Positions 27,095 to 36,658 are shown, counted from the first letter of the stretch. The stretch is 64,000 nt of DNA from Candidatus Latescibacterota bacterium (GCA_965248435.1 OZ252100.1:3520001-3584000), one strand, 5' to 3'. Translations and numbers: made by a program. The notes: generated from the sequence alone by a model not told the origin.

Positions 27095-27463
27095 TTACAC
27101 CTGAATTCTCATAATTTCCTGGAATGATTCCATGGTACGGTTTCTGATTTCAAGCAACAAGTCCAAGGCAAGGCCGGCTTCCTGAACGGCAACCATGACC
27201 TGGTGGACGTCCGTGATCTCACCGGCCGCAAAGGCGTCTATCGCTCTGCCCGACTGAAGGGAAACATCGTTGACATCGCCGATAAAGTTTCGAACAAGGT
27301 CGAGAAATTCTGGTTTGGGAGCTCCCTCGGGGGCTTCAAGGATGCCCGGGCCTTCTGGAGATCCTACTTCAAGTTTGCGGGGCTGGCCTTGCTCGAGCTG
27401 TCGGAATGACTGCTGGCCCCCGGGGCCCTGGGCCTCTGACGAGATGATATTCGTGATCGGCAT
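27095..27463 (-). CDS. fliE: Hook-basal body protein FliE
   Basis: GEITDVHQVMVAVQEAGLALDLLLEIRNRTMESFQEIMRIQV. Confidence 0.93.
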   Translation of the reverse strand: MPITNIISSEAQGPGGQQSFRQLEQGQPRKLEVGSPEGPGILEAPEGAPKPEFLDLVRNFIGDVNDVSLQSGRAIDAFAAGEITDVHQVMVAVQEAGLALDLLLEIRNRTMESFQEIMRIQV

Positions 27464-27464
27464 T

Positions 27465-28169
27465 CTAGAATGGGTTCCTGTCCAGGATCGATTTAATTCG
27501 CAGGACTTCGGGTACGAATCGTTTGGTTTCGAGGGGCATTCTTTTTTTCTGAACCGCTCCTGGACCCGCATTGTAGGCCCAGAGCGCCAGCTCAGGATGG
27601 TCGAACTGCGTCAAAAGAGAACCCAGATAGCGGGTGCCGCCAAAGATGTTCTGTGCCGCATCGAACGGGTTGCTCACACCAACCTCAGAGGCCGTGGCGG
27701 GCATCAACTGCATCAGACCCTTTGCCCCACGATTGGAGACGGCCTTCGGATCGCTGCCCGACTCGACATAGATCAAGGCTCGAACCAGATTGGGATCTAT
27801 GCTGTTCATTCGGCTATAGCGTTCAATGAGGGGATCGTATCGTTTGAGGCGTTTCAAGACCCTGGTATCCAGGCCGGTCGGAATCAGTGACGGGGAAGGC
27901 GGTCGCTTCGGACCCGAAAGGAGGGGGTCCGGATCTTGTCTGGCCTCAGGCGGGCTAGAAAAGAGGTCAAAGGGGATTCGGCTATCCGCCACGGGCAGAC
28001 CCGAGCTACGGAGCAGGATCCGATAGGCCAGATCCGCGCGATAGCTCCGCTCCAAAAGGGCCCTGTTTTCCATGCGGCGGACAGCCCTCTTTTCGGCCGA
28101 TGCTGGACTGGAATCCGCACTCAGCGCGCCAAAGATACAGAAAAGGATGTAGGGGGTCAATTTGTTCAT
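27465..28169 (-). CDS. Lytic transglycosylase (SLT domain) with signal peptide
   Basis: LIYVES catalytic Glu, GAKGLMQLMP, AYNAG, ETKRFV. Confidence 0.92.
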   Translation of the reverse strand: MNKLTPYILFCIFGALSADSSPASAEKRAVRRMENRALLERSYRADLAYRILLRSSGLPVADSRIPFDLFSSPPEARQDPDPLLSGPKRPPSPSLIPTGLDTRVLKRLKRYDPLIERYSRMNSIDPNLVRALIYVESGSDPKAVSNRGAKGLMQLMPATASEVGVSNPFDAAQNIFGGTRYLGSLLTQFDHPELALWAYNAGPGAVQKKRMPLETKRFVPEVLRIKSILDRNPF

Positions 28170-28282
28170 CTCTTATAATTCCCTACTCTTGAAAGGGTTT
28201 TTTTGGACATAGTTGTAGATCTAGGTCCGGGATCGGAAGGCCTATGGACCTGGTGTCCGACCGAGATTCCGGGTGGACGGTT

Positions 28283-28558
28283 CTATGCCTGCAAGTCCAG
28301 GGAGTTCCCTGGGATGGAATAACTTCTTGCCGCCCCGCGAGCGGTGTAAACTTCCTTTAACGGGGCGAAGAGCGATTCAATGGCCCGACTTTCTTCGGCC
28401 GTGAGCACGCCCTTTATCGTTCCGATTTGGGGTGATGGTTTCCCTGCGTCGCCGGACTCGAGCGCTTCGGGCCGGGCGGGATCTGAAACTGTGATATCAA
28501 TGGTCCGAGCCGCCGGCTTGGCCGCTTCGGACACGTTCGTGATGGGTCTCAAGTTCAT
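28283..28558 (-). CDS. Small hypothetical protein
   Basis: 91-aa ORF starting 21 bp after the flgB stop; ends GNSLDLQA. Confidence 0.65.
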   Translation of the reverse strand: MNLRPITNVSEAAKPAARTIDITVSDPARPEALESGDAGKPSPQIGTIKGVLTAEESRAIESLFAPLKEVYTARGAARSYSIPGNSLDLQA

Positions 28559-28579
28559 TTCTGGTCGCGGTGAGGGTTA

Positions 28580-29002
28580 TCAGGCGCCGGGTTGACCGGT
28601 TATGCTCTTACGGATTCCCTTGAACTGTCCCCTGAGCAGGGTGGCCCCAATGTTGTACAAGAGGTGATTTTCGGCCAGGTCACCCATTTCCGAATCGATG
28701 TCTACGTTGTTGATTCCCGTTGTATTGGGCCCCGGTTCGGGCTGGAGGATCCTGGGTCTGGCCAGCGGATCTGTCTCCCCGACGGGCATGTGTCGCTGAT
28801 CGGTTCGCGCGCCCTGGACTGCAGGCTTGACGACCTGGGCCCTGAGGTAGGTGGCGAAGTTGACGTCTTTTCTTCGGTAATTGACCGTGTTGACGTTTGC
28901 GATGTTGTTGGAAATCGCCTTGTGACGTAGCGATGTCACGTTCAGCATCTTGTTCAGGAGCGGGATCTTCGTCTTGTCAAAGACAAGGTTCCTCATTAGC
29001 AC
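28580..29002 (-). CDS. flgB: Basal-body rod protein FlgB
   Basis: RHKAISNNIANVNTVNYRRKDVNF, NNVDIDSEM. Confidence 0.95.
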   Translation of the reverse strand: MLMRNLVFDKTKIPLLNKMLNVTSLRHKAISNNIANVNTVNYRRKDVNFATYLRAQVVKPAVQGARTDQRHMPVGETDPLARPRILQPEPGPNTTGINNVDIDSEMGDLAENHLLYNIGATLLRGQFKGIRKSITGQPGA

Positions 29003-29068
29003 GGCGCGACTGCCCTCCAGGTTGGGACACCTTTTTCTGACTTCGATAAAGTTGCTCTCGCCCTCAAA

Positions 29069-29084
29069 AGCAACATGTGTACCG
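29069..29084 (-). promoter_or_regulatory. Sigma54 promoter of the flgB operon
   Basis: CGGTAC-ACATG-TTGCT with GG and GC correctly spaced, ~65 bp upstream of flgB. Confidence 0.7.
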
Positions 29085-29135
29085 AAGCCGGATGGAGACC
29101 CTCCCTAGGGGCAATGTGATATGTTATTATATATA

Positions 29136-29148
29136 TATCAATATGTTA
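29136..29148 (+). promoter_or_regulatory. IHF binding site
   Basis: TATCAATATGTTA is an exact match to WATCAANNNNTTR, in an AT-rich patch ~50 bp upstream of the sigma54 site. Confidence 0.65.
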
Positions 29149-29300
29149 TATTGAATTCTCCGGGAATCCACGGACGTATTTATGAGGGGGTTTCTCAAGA
29201 AAAACCTTCCCAGAAGGTGGGAAAGCGAGGGGATCAGTGGCTGAGGCAGTCGTGATCCGGTATCCCAGGTGGGGGCGGAGCGCGTTACGACTGATGCTTC

Positions 29301-29329
29301 TTGACGGTGGGATGGACAACCCATATTAT
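29301..29329 (+). promoter_or_regulatory. Putative sigma70 promoter for modBC
   Basis: TTGACG-N17-TATTAT. Confidence 0.6.
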
Positions 29330-29332
29330 CAC

Positions 29333-29360
29333 CTCGTATCTCGTATCTCGTATCCTGCTT
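29333..29360. repeat. 7-bp tandem repeat (CTCGTAT)x3 plus one degenerate unit
   Basis: ctcgtat ctcgtat ctcgtat cctgctt. Confidence 0.8.
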
Positions 29361-29379
29361 CGTTCGAGGACTTTGACCC

Positions 29380-30057
29380 GTGCTAACCGCACCTGAGTGG
29401 CAGGCCCTGCTTCTTTCGATCAAGGTTGGTGTTCTCTGTGTCTTGCTGAGCCTCTTACCGGCTGTGCTTTTGGGTTGGGCGCTCGCTCGCGTGCCGTTTC
29501 GGGGTAAGATCCTGGTGGATGGACTCTGTCATATGCCCCTGGTCCTTCCCCCTGTCGTCACGGGCTACCTGCTTCTTGTCCTGTTCGGGCGTCGTGGGGT
29601 CTTTGGGGGAATCATCGAGGGCGTCCTGGGCATTCAGCTTGCCTTCGACTGGAAAGGGGCCGTCGTGGCATCGGCAGTGGTTGGATTTCCGCTGATGCTG
29701 AGGGCCATACGGCTTTCGATCGAGGGCGTGGATACTCGGTTGGAGAGGGCCGCCCGCACGCTTGGGGCAGGACCCTTACGCGCTTTTTGGACGGTCACCC
29801 TGAGGTTGGCGTCGCCCGGACTGCTCGTGGGCGCTCTGCTTTCTTTCGCAAGGAGCCTGGGCGAGTTCGGGGCAACCATCACCTTTGTCTCGAATATCGC
29901 GGGCGAGACCCGGACGCTCCCGCTCGCGATGTTCACCTATCTGAGCCAACCCGGTGGAGAACAGGCCTCGGCGAGGCTGGCCCTTATCTCGGTGATTCTG
30001 GCGTTTACCGCCCTCCTGGCGAGCGAGTGGGTTGCCAGGAGAGTCAAGCGGGGATAG
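29380..30057 (+). CDS. modB: Molybdate ABC transporter permease
   Basis: PLVLPPVVTGYLLL, AARTLGA, FARSLGEFGATI, ETRTLPLA. Confidence 0.95.
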   Translation: MLTAPEWQALLLSIKVGVLCVLLSLLPAVLLGWALARVPFRGKILVDGLCHMPLVLPPVVTGYLLLVLFGRRGVFGGIIEGVLGIQLAFDWKGAVVASAVVGFPLMLRAIRLSIEGVDTRLERAARTLGAGPLRAFWTVTLRLASPGLLVGALLSFARSLGEFGATITFVSNIAGETRTLPLAMFTYLSQPGGEQASARLALISVILAFTALLASEWVARRVKRG

Positions 30058-30058
30058 T

Positions 30059-31138
30059 TTGCTTTCTATCGACCTCGAGTGGCGCCGATCCGACTTCAGG
30101 CTGAGTGTAGAAGTCGTCTGTCCTTACGCTGTGACGGCGGTCTTCGGACCTTCCGGCGCAGGGAAGACGACGCTGTTGAACCTTCTCGCCGGTTTCACCC
30201 TCCCTGACCGGGGGGAAGTGAAGATCGGGGAGGAGATCCTCTTTTCATCCAAAAGGGGGATCAATCTTCCTCCTGAGAAACGCCGCGTGGGGCTGGTCTT
30301 TCAAGACGGTCTCCTCTTCCCGCACATGACCGCCATCCAGAACCTGCGCTACGGTTATGACATGCTTCGCCCGGGGGCGCGGCGGTTCGAGGTAGATTCT
30401 ATTGTGGAGCTGCTCTCCCTCGGCGGCCTGCTGGATCGACGACCGGACACGCTTTCCGGAGGGGAGCGGCAGCGCGTCGCGCTCGGTCGAGCGATTCTGG
30501 CTTCTCCTAGAATGCTTTTGATGGACGAACCCCTGGCCTCCCTCGACCAGGGGCTGAAGGATCGAATCATTCCCTACCTGCGTCATATCCGGTCAGATCT
30601 CGAGATCCCCATGTTTTATGTGAGCCATTCGGTCGCAGAAATCCTGGAATTGACCGGTCAGGTGATCGTCCTGAATTCCGGCCGTGTGGTTGCGCACGGA
30701 GATTTCTTCGATATCGCACACGATCCTGAGGTACTTCCGCTGGTTGAGGCTCACGGATTCGAGAACGTCCTCCCGGTTCAGCTCGTGTCGAGCGATGCCT
30801 CTCGAGGGACTTCTGTCGTAAACTACAGAGACCAGGAATTGAAAGTACCCTACACCGATCGGCCGATCGGTCGGAGAATGTTTATTGGCATTCGAGCGAA
30901 CGATATCATCCTTTGTAGAAAACGTCCGGAAGGGCTGAGTATCCGCAATGCCCTTCCCGGCCGGATCCTCGAAGTATCCGAGGTAGCCGGGAAACAGCTG
31001 ATCTATGTGGATGTCGGGAAGCGGCTTGCAGTGGAAGTGACCGCTGAGGCAGTGGAGGAACTCGGTCTAAACGCCGCAGACAGGGTTGTCTGTTTGATCA
31101 AGACACATTCGATTCGGATCGGACCGGAGGCGGAATAA
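30059..31138 (+). CDS. modC: Molybdate ABC transporter ATPase with TOBE domain
   Basis: GPSGAGKT, LSGGERQRVALGRA, LLMDEPLASLD, SIRNALPG; TTG start just after the modB stop. Confidence 0.93.
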   Translation: MLSIDLEWRRSDFRLSVEVVCPYAVTAVFGPSGAGKTTLLNLLAGFTLPDRGEVKIGEEILFSSKRGINLPPEKRRVGLVFQDGLLFPHMTAIQNLRYGYDMLRPGARRFEVDSIVELLSLGGLLDRRPDTLSGGERQRVALGRAILASPRMLLMDEPLASLDQGLKDRIIPYLRHIRSDLEIPMFYVSHSVAEILELTGQVIVLNSGRVVAHGDFFDIAHDPEVLPLVEAHGFENVLPVQLVSSDASRGTSVVNYRDQELKVPYTDRPIGRRMFIGIRANDIILCRKRPEGLSIRNALPGRILEVSEVAGKQLIYVDVGKRLAVEVTAEAVEELGLNAADRVVCLIKTHSIRIGPEAE

Positions 31139-31195
31139 CGGGTACCGGGCAGGCAGAGAAGGGTACCGTAAATACAACTGCGGGCGGATTGAGGA

Positions 31196-32158
31196 TTGAA
31201 AGGAATTGAGGCTATCGAGGTGAGTGTTGCATCCTCTTTGTTGGGGTCTGGTCCACTCAGGCTTAAAGGCAACTGCCACTGTCACTCGACGTATTCGGAT
31301 GGGGCCCATCCACCGGATGAGACAGTTGGACGATACCGCGCGGCTGGCTACGACTTCCTTTTTCTTACCGAGCACTGCGACAAACTTACGAATGGCGAGT
31401 TTCCTGATTTCGGGGTGCTGGACAGCCCGGACTTCCGCGTGCTGCCCGGAGTGGAGTACAGAAATACCACGCACCGGGGCGGACGTGAAAGGATGGCCAT
31501 GATTCTGGGTTTGGGGACCCTGGAGGTAGATCACTGGAGGCCCGGTTTGGATCAACAGTCCACGATCGATGCGATCAATCAAGATGGGGGGCTGGCTGTT
31601 CTGAGCTGTACGGTTTGGGATGGAAGAGTAGCGGGTGATATGTTGAACCTGGAGGGCGTGTCCGGTATCGAGATCTACAATGCAACGTGCGAAGGATCCG
31701 TCAACAAGGGATTCGCGCTGACGCACTGGGATGCACTGCTGGAGTCCGGAATGCGGCTCAACGGTTTGGCCGTGGATGATACACACTTCAGCGAGTGGCC
31801 CGACTTTGGGTTGGGCTGGATCGTCGTGTCGGCGAAGGACAGGACGCCTCCCTCGATCGTGGAGGGCCTTAGAACCGGCGTATTCTACTCGTCTTGCGGA
31901 CCAGAGATAAAGGAATGGTCGATTCAAGGCTCCAGGATTCGTTTTCGCTGCTCTCCGGTCGAGAAGATCGTCTATAGTGGGGTCGGACCGTGGGGTCGCG
32001 TCGTTCGAATGACGGGTGAGGGTCTACTCACGGAGTTGACGTTGGATTTCGAGCTGGATTGTCGGCCAGAAATGACGTTCATCCGGTTTTCGTGCTGCGA
32101 CACCGACGGGTGCTGGGCGTGGACGAACCCGGTTTGGCTAAGCGATATAGTGTCCTAG
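31196..32158 (+). CDS. PHP-domain metallohydrolase (CehA/McbA-like)
   Basis: KGNCHCHSTYSDG, FLTEH, IEIYN, AVDDTH, AWTNP; start uncertain. Confidence 0.8.
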   Translation: MKGIEAIEVSVASSLLGSGPLRLKGNCHCHSTYSDGAHPPDETVGRYRAAGYDFLFLTEHCDKLTNGEFPDFGVLDSPDFRVLPGVEYRNTTHRGGRERMAMILGLGTLEVDHWRPGLDQQSTIDAINQDGGLAVLSCTVWDGRVAGDMLNLEGVSGIEIYNATCEGSVNKGFALTHWDALLESGMRLNGLAVDDTHFSEWPDFGLGWIVVSAKDRTPPSIVEGLRTGVFYSSCGPEIKEWSIQGSRIRFRCSPVEKIVYSGVGPWGRVVRMTGEGLLTELTLDFELDCRPEMTFIRFSCCDTDGCWAWTNPVWLSDIVS

Positions 32159-32185
32159 AACAGTTTATACGCAACAGGAGGCAGG

Positions 32186-32992
32186 ATGACCCAACCGTTC
32201 TTCGATGAATCGACTGTGCGTACGCTTGCGTCCAATCACATCTTCATGCGCGGAGAGCAATATTCCGAGGGGGGGGCTGTCAGTGATCTTACCGTTGAAG
32301 GTGAGACCTACGGCGCCATCGTCTACGGAAAACACAATTACTTGGTCAAGATCTGGCGAAAAGGTGACGACGTGAAGAACTCCTGTTCTTGTTCTTACTA
32401 CGGGAAAGGAATCTGCAGACACGTGGTCGCCGTGATGCTTACGATTCTTCGACAGGGCCAGACTCATGGGGACTTCAAGTGGTATGACGGCGGCCTTCAA
32501 GTTTCTGGCTCCCGACCAGAGAGAGGGAAATCTCCACCGGCAGGTCGGACACCCGCCTCTTCCAATGTTCAAGGACAAGCCACGCTTGCGAAACAGATCA
32601 TGAATTCGCCGGTCAAGACGCTCTCCCCGGAAACGAGCCTGGTTGATGCCTACCTTTTTATCCTTGACCATCGGTTTCGACACGTTCCGGTTACTTCTGA
32701 AGACAAGAAGCTGGTCGGAATCCTGTCTGACCGAGATCTGCTTCGCGCTGCGGCGGGCATCACGACCGCCCCGAGTTCTGGCTCCGCCAGGATCATACGG
32801 GACCTCATGAAGACAACTGTGCTGACGGCGAGTCCGGAAACGGAAATCCGGCAGATTGCCCGGGTCTTCTTCCAGGAGCGGGTCGGTGCGATGCCGATAC
32901 TCGATGCGTCGGAGCGTGTCGTGGGGATTATCACCCGGAGCGATGTCCTGCGGACTCTGGTGAACAGTGCTCCGATTGATCTTTGGCTGTGA
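32186..32992 (+). CDS. SWIM zinc finger + CBS-pair protein
   Basis: CSC..GKGICRHVVAV, then FRHVPV..LVGILSDRDL and VGAMPI..VVGIITRSD. Confidence 0.8.
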   Translation: MTQPFFDESTVRTLASNHIFMRGEQYSEGGAVSDLTVEGETYGAIVYGKHNYLVKIWRKGDDVKNSCSCSYYGKGICRHVVAVMLTILRQGQTHGDFKWYDGGLQVSGSRPERGKSPPAGRTPASSNVQGQATLAKQIMNSPVKTLSPETSLVDAYLFILDHRFRHVPVTSEDKKLVGILSDRDLLRAAAGITTAPSSGSARIIRDLMKTTVLTASPETEIRQIARVFFQERVGAMPILDASERVVGIITRSDVLRTLVNSAPIDLWL

Positions 32993-33282
32993 TCATGGAA
33001 TGGATCGCGACCTCTACACATCTCGCTTCGGGTGATTTCCAGGCCAGTTCGCCAACCCCCTCTCATCCTGCGCACCCCTGTCTTCGCCGCTCTCCTGTCT
33101 CATCCCAAACCCTCAAAAAACGATAACTGTTTCTTTCAGATAGCGACCCTGCCGCGGAAAGAGAATCTGCTTGACACGGCCTGTTTGAAAGGAATATATA
33201 GGGTTATGCGTCCGGGTCAGCCGTCCCGGGACGCTGTTCTTTGAAGAATTAGGATTTCTTCATTCATCGAAAGGGTAAAGCT

Positions 33283-34218
33283 ATGATCTCGGAAAAAGTC
33301 TTAGGGGCCTACGCCTCAGTCGGATCCCTTTCCGGCCAGGAGCAAGCGGAGTGGTACAAGCGGGCCCAGCGTGATTGGGGAATCAGCTGTTTTGAGATCC
33401 CGCTCCTCGGAGGCGTGGCGATGGCGCCCGAGCTGGTCGAGGCGTTCTCGGAAATGAAGTCTTCCCTCGTGGTGACTCTCGTCGCGCAGTGGGCCACGAA
33501 GGGACAAGGAAATCCAGCCTATGGCCTGTCTTCCCTGGAGGAGTCATCCAGGCAGGAAGCTCTCGTGGACGCCGCTTCCGTCGTTCGACAGTGCAGGGCG
33601 CTTTCCGAGCAGGGCATCCAGATCAGAAACATCGTTGTTCATACCGGGCAGCGAATGGGTAAACCGATCCCACACGCTATTTCATTCTATCGCAGCCTGG
33701 TGCAGCTCCGCAGTGCGGTGGCCGGTGTCCTGCCGGAGAGCGTGCTTGCCGTCGAGCTGACGGACAGCCGACCTCCGGAGCATCCGATCGCCTTTCCTGC
33801 GTCAAAGAAGGCTTCTCTCAAGCTGGCTTGTCTCATTTCGACCCTTGCCACTGTAAACCGCGAGGTCGGACCGGGTCATCCGATTCCACTCGTCGTGAAC
33901 TGGGGTCGTGTGCTTATCAATGAAGACGATCCTCTGGCCAGCATAAAGGAGATTCTGGATTCCGATGTGCCCCTGGCCGGCGTGATCATGTCAGGAGCCG
34001 GAGCATCTGAGCAGGGATTTTCGGACTCTCACAACTCCCATCTGGATCCGGACAGCGGGTTTACCGAGGCTGACGCCTCTGCCTGTGCTTCGGCGCTGGC
34101 ATCCAGCTCCCAATCGACCTTTATCGGGATGAAATGCAGCGTCGCCAAAGGCGGTGACAAGGTCTCCGTGGAGGAGGTGCTCACCGCCCAGGCAAAGGTT
34201 CTGAATGATGTCGGCTAG
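33283..34218 (+). CDS. DUF4862-like TIM-barrel protein
   Basis: GAYAS start, YGLSS..SRQEAL, VNWGR, DSH motifs recalled for DUF4862. Confidence 0.6.
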   Translation: MISEKVLGAYASVGSLSGQEQAEWYKRAQRDWGISCFEIPLLGGVAMAPELVEAFSEMKSSLVVTLVAQWATKGQGNPAYGLSSLEESSRQEALVDAASVVRQCRALSEQGIQIRNIVVHTGQRMGKPIPHAISFYRSLVQLRSAVAGVLPESVLAVELTDSRPPEHPIAFPASKKASLKLACLISTLATVNREVGPGHPIPLVVNWGRVLINEDDPLASIKEILDSDVPLAGVIMSGAGASEQGFSDSHNSHLDPDSGFTEADASACASALASSSQSTFIGMKCSVAKGGDKVSVEEVLTAQAKVLNDVG

Positions 34219-34244
34219 CACGCAGAAGACTGAGGGTTGAACGA

Positions 34245-35294
34245 ATGGCAGGACAGACATACCGCGCAGGCATCATCGGGACGGGCTTTATCGGCGGGGC
34301 GGACCAGGTTTCAGGAGACGCACTCGGACAGCAGGTGAGCGGTCTCGATGGGACGCACTTTGGTGTCTACTCGAAGCACCCACGCGTGGAGCTCGTTTCC
34401 GGGAGCAGTCGAGACCCGGGAAGGCGAGAGCGATTCGAGGCGCGAAGCGGTGCACGCGCTTACGAAGACTGGGCGAAGATGCTGGCTGAAGAAGCCCTCG
34501 ACATCGTGAGTGTAGCGACATACACAGATGTGCGCGCCGAGATAACAGTTGCCTGTGCGGAGGCCGGGACCCGCGTGATATATGCCGAGAAGCCGATCGC
34601 GCAGGTCCTTGGCGACGCAGAACGAATGCTGAGCGCGTGTAGGTCCTCCAAATCCCTCCTCGTCGTCAATCACAATCGACGATACATACCCAACTTCCAT
34701 AGATTGAGAGATCTGGTCGCCGATGGCGGCCTTGGGGAGCTTACTTCGGCGGGTGTTCGATGGCCAACGGGGCGGCTCGGGAATCTAGGCACCCACAACC
34801 TTGACGCCGTTCGGATGTTAACCGGGAGGGAGGTCCTGGCGGTCTCCGGCACCCTCGACCCTGCAGGCAAGCCTGACTGCAGGGGGCCCAGGTTCCGTGA
34901 TCCGGGGGGTTGGGGCGTGATGAGGCTCGATGGCGACCTGATGGCTACCGTGGATGCGGCGGATTGGGGTGTCGGCATTGCTTGGATCATTCTGTACGGT
35001 TCCGAAGGGCGGGCCGTCTTGTCCGGTCTGGACGATGTCGAGATCGAGTACCTGGACGGCCGAAAAGAGCACTTGCCCACCAGCAAGAAAGAAGGAACGA
35101 CCTCCATGGATCGGGCGCTGGATTCGATCGTGGCGTGGATGGATGACGGGACGCCGTTCCCCTGTCCACCTGGGGAATCGGTGAGGACGCTGGAAGTCAT
35201 CCTCGCATTCCACGCATCAGATGCCCGAAACGGGGCCTGGGTTGAACTCCCCCTTGATGGCGAAGACCGCGAGCGCATCCTGCGTAGCGGCTAA
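34245..35294 (+). CDS. Gfo/Idh/MocA family oxidoreductase
   Basis: GIIGTGFIG, AEKPIA, NHNRRY, GTHNLD. Confidence 0.92.
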   Translation: MAGQTYRAGIIGTGFIGGADQVSGDALGQQVSGLDGTHFGVYSKHPRVELVSGSSRDPGRRERFEARSGARAYEDWAKMLAEEALDIVSVATYTDVRAEITVACAEAGTRVIYAEKPIAQVLGDAERMLSACRSSKSLLVVNHNRRYIPNFHRLRDLVADGGLGELTSAGVRWPTGRLGNLGTHNLDAVRMLTGREVLAVSGTLDPAGKPDCRGPRFRDPGGWGVMRLDGDLMATVDAADWGVGIAWIILYGSEGRAVLSGLDDVEIEYLDGRKEHLPTSKKEGTTSMDRALDSIVAWMDDGTPFPCPPGESVRTLEVILAFHASDARNGAWVELPLDGEDRERILRSG

Positions 35295-35370
35295 CAAATC
35301 AGGTTCGAAAGCGTGTCTGTAATATCTGCGCGCGATTTCCCCTTTGTGTGGATCAAAAAAGGAGAACCCC

Positions 35371-35748
35371 ATGGGCAAACCTACAACTCAAGTGCGCGAC
35401 GGATCCTCCGTCAAGCTGATGAATGCTCCGATTCCGGAGGATCAGATTCTGGAAGGCGAAGCGAAGGCCAGGATGTGGATTTCGGCACAATCTCCGGACC
35501 TGAAGGTGACGCAGGGGGTCTGGGACTGCACTGCTGGAAAGTTCACGTGGAATTACACCTGGGACGAGTTCGTGTTTATCCTGGAGGGAGAGGCCACTGT
35601 GGTCGACGAAGGGGGTGAAAGCAGGACCTTCAAGGCCGGTGACTTTGCCAATTTTCCTGCAGGGCTGAGTGCCACGTGGCACGTTCCGGAATACATCAAA
35701 AAGACCTTCGTCCTTCGAACGCCGGAACCGCTCGAGCTTTACGCGTGA
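35371..35748 (+). CDS. Cupin (DUF861/EutQ-like)
   Basis: GVWDCTAG..DEFVFILEGEATV..AGD..FPAG..W; AGGAGA SD. Confidence 0.85.
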   Translation: MGKPTTQVRDGSSVKLMNAPIPEDQILEGEAKARMWISAQSPDLKVTQGVWDCTAGKFTWNYTWDEFVFILEGEATVVDEGGESRTFKAGDFANFPAGLSATWHVPEYIKKTFVLRTPEPLELYA

Positions 35749-35764
35749 CTCAACGGGAGACGGA

Positions 35765-36658
35765 ATGGGACCCTGGAACTGCGTCCTTACGCTGAAAGCT
35801 GATCGAAGCGTCGTGGCCGGTGGCGAATTGGCGCTGGCCGATGCCATCCGGGCCGGTGCGGACCTGCGTATCTGTACTGAATTTCTATACAACGAACACG
35901 TCAACACCTCCTCGGACAATCCGGAGGTGGTCCGGGAAGTCTGCGAATTCAAAATCACCTACCTCGTTGACAACAGATGGGTGGCGGCCGTCATGGGCCT
36001 TCGTCAACCCACCCACCTTCCGGACGGTTTTGGTGGAAGGCCGTCGATGTCCTTTTTCCTGTATAATCAGAACGGACAGCAGGCGATCGCCCGTCCTTAC
36101 CTGGATGGCCCGCCTGTGAAGGGACCCCTGGGTTCGACCCCCCAAAGTGAACACTTGGACATGCCCAAGATGCACGGGCAGAGCGGCTGGGACGGGGACA
36201 CGAACGCACCCAGCCGAAACTTCATCTACGATTTCGAGGTCTTCCGTTTCTACGTGAACGATTCGTGGGAGGAGGTCTTCTCCCACGATGCAGACGGCGT
36301 CGCGACCTCCGGATCGCTGGATGCTCTGACCGAGGCGTTTTCCGAGGGTAAAGAGGTGAAGGTCGGTGTGAGGGATCTCTGCCAGGATATGCCAAACGCG
36401 CAGAACGTGGCGCACGAGGTTTTTACACAGGTGGGTTCTTGCTACTATTTTACGGAAAGCAGGTGGTTCATCGCCGGATCTCATCCCGTTGTTCGGGTGA
36501 AGCCTGCGATTCCGATGTTGTATGAGAGCAATGGGTGGGATTTCGGCTGGCTGATGCTCCGCTCCGACGGTCACGTTGCTTTCAGGCGATGCGACCCCTA
36601 TACCCTTCGTTTCGAAGAGATCGAACAGAAGCTGGCGATCCGCTGGTTTGTGCGTTGA
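35765..36658 (+). CDS. Hypothetical protein with internal two-fold repeat
   Basis: 297-aa ORF after a GGGAGA SD; two similar W...G..AL..A...G...[RK][IV] segments. Confidence 0.7.
   Translation: MGPWNCVLTLKADRSVVAGGELALADAIRAGADLRICTEFLYNEHVNTSSDNPEVVREVCEFKITYLVDNRWVAAVMGLRQPTHLPDGFGGRPSMSFFLYNQNGQQAIARPYLDGPPVKGPLGSTPQSEHLDMPKMHGQSGWDGDTNAPSRNFIYDFEVFRFYVNDSWEEVFSHDADGVATSGSLDALTEAFSEGKEVKVGVRDLCQDMPNAQNVAHEVFTQVGSCYYFTESRWFIAGSHPVVRVKPAIPMLYESNGWDFGWLMLRSDGHVAFRRCDPYTLRFEEIEQKLAIRWFVR

Noticed and set aside
28283-28558. 91-aa ORF as a degenerate flgC
   Set aside because: It lacks the rod-protein N-terminal ANxxT and C-terminal NV motifs
29003-29379. c-di-GMP or Moco riboswitch in the flgB-modB divergent region
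   Set aside because: No GGCAAAC..GAAA..GACGCAAAG or Moco-type core was recognisable by eye; an Infernal/Rfam scan would be decisive
33171-33233. TTGACA..TATATA promoter and CGTCCGGG/CCCGGACG hairpin before the DUF4862-like gene
   Set aside because: The -10 match is weak and the hairpin has no identifiable motif; an ordinary promoter at best
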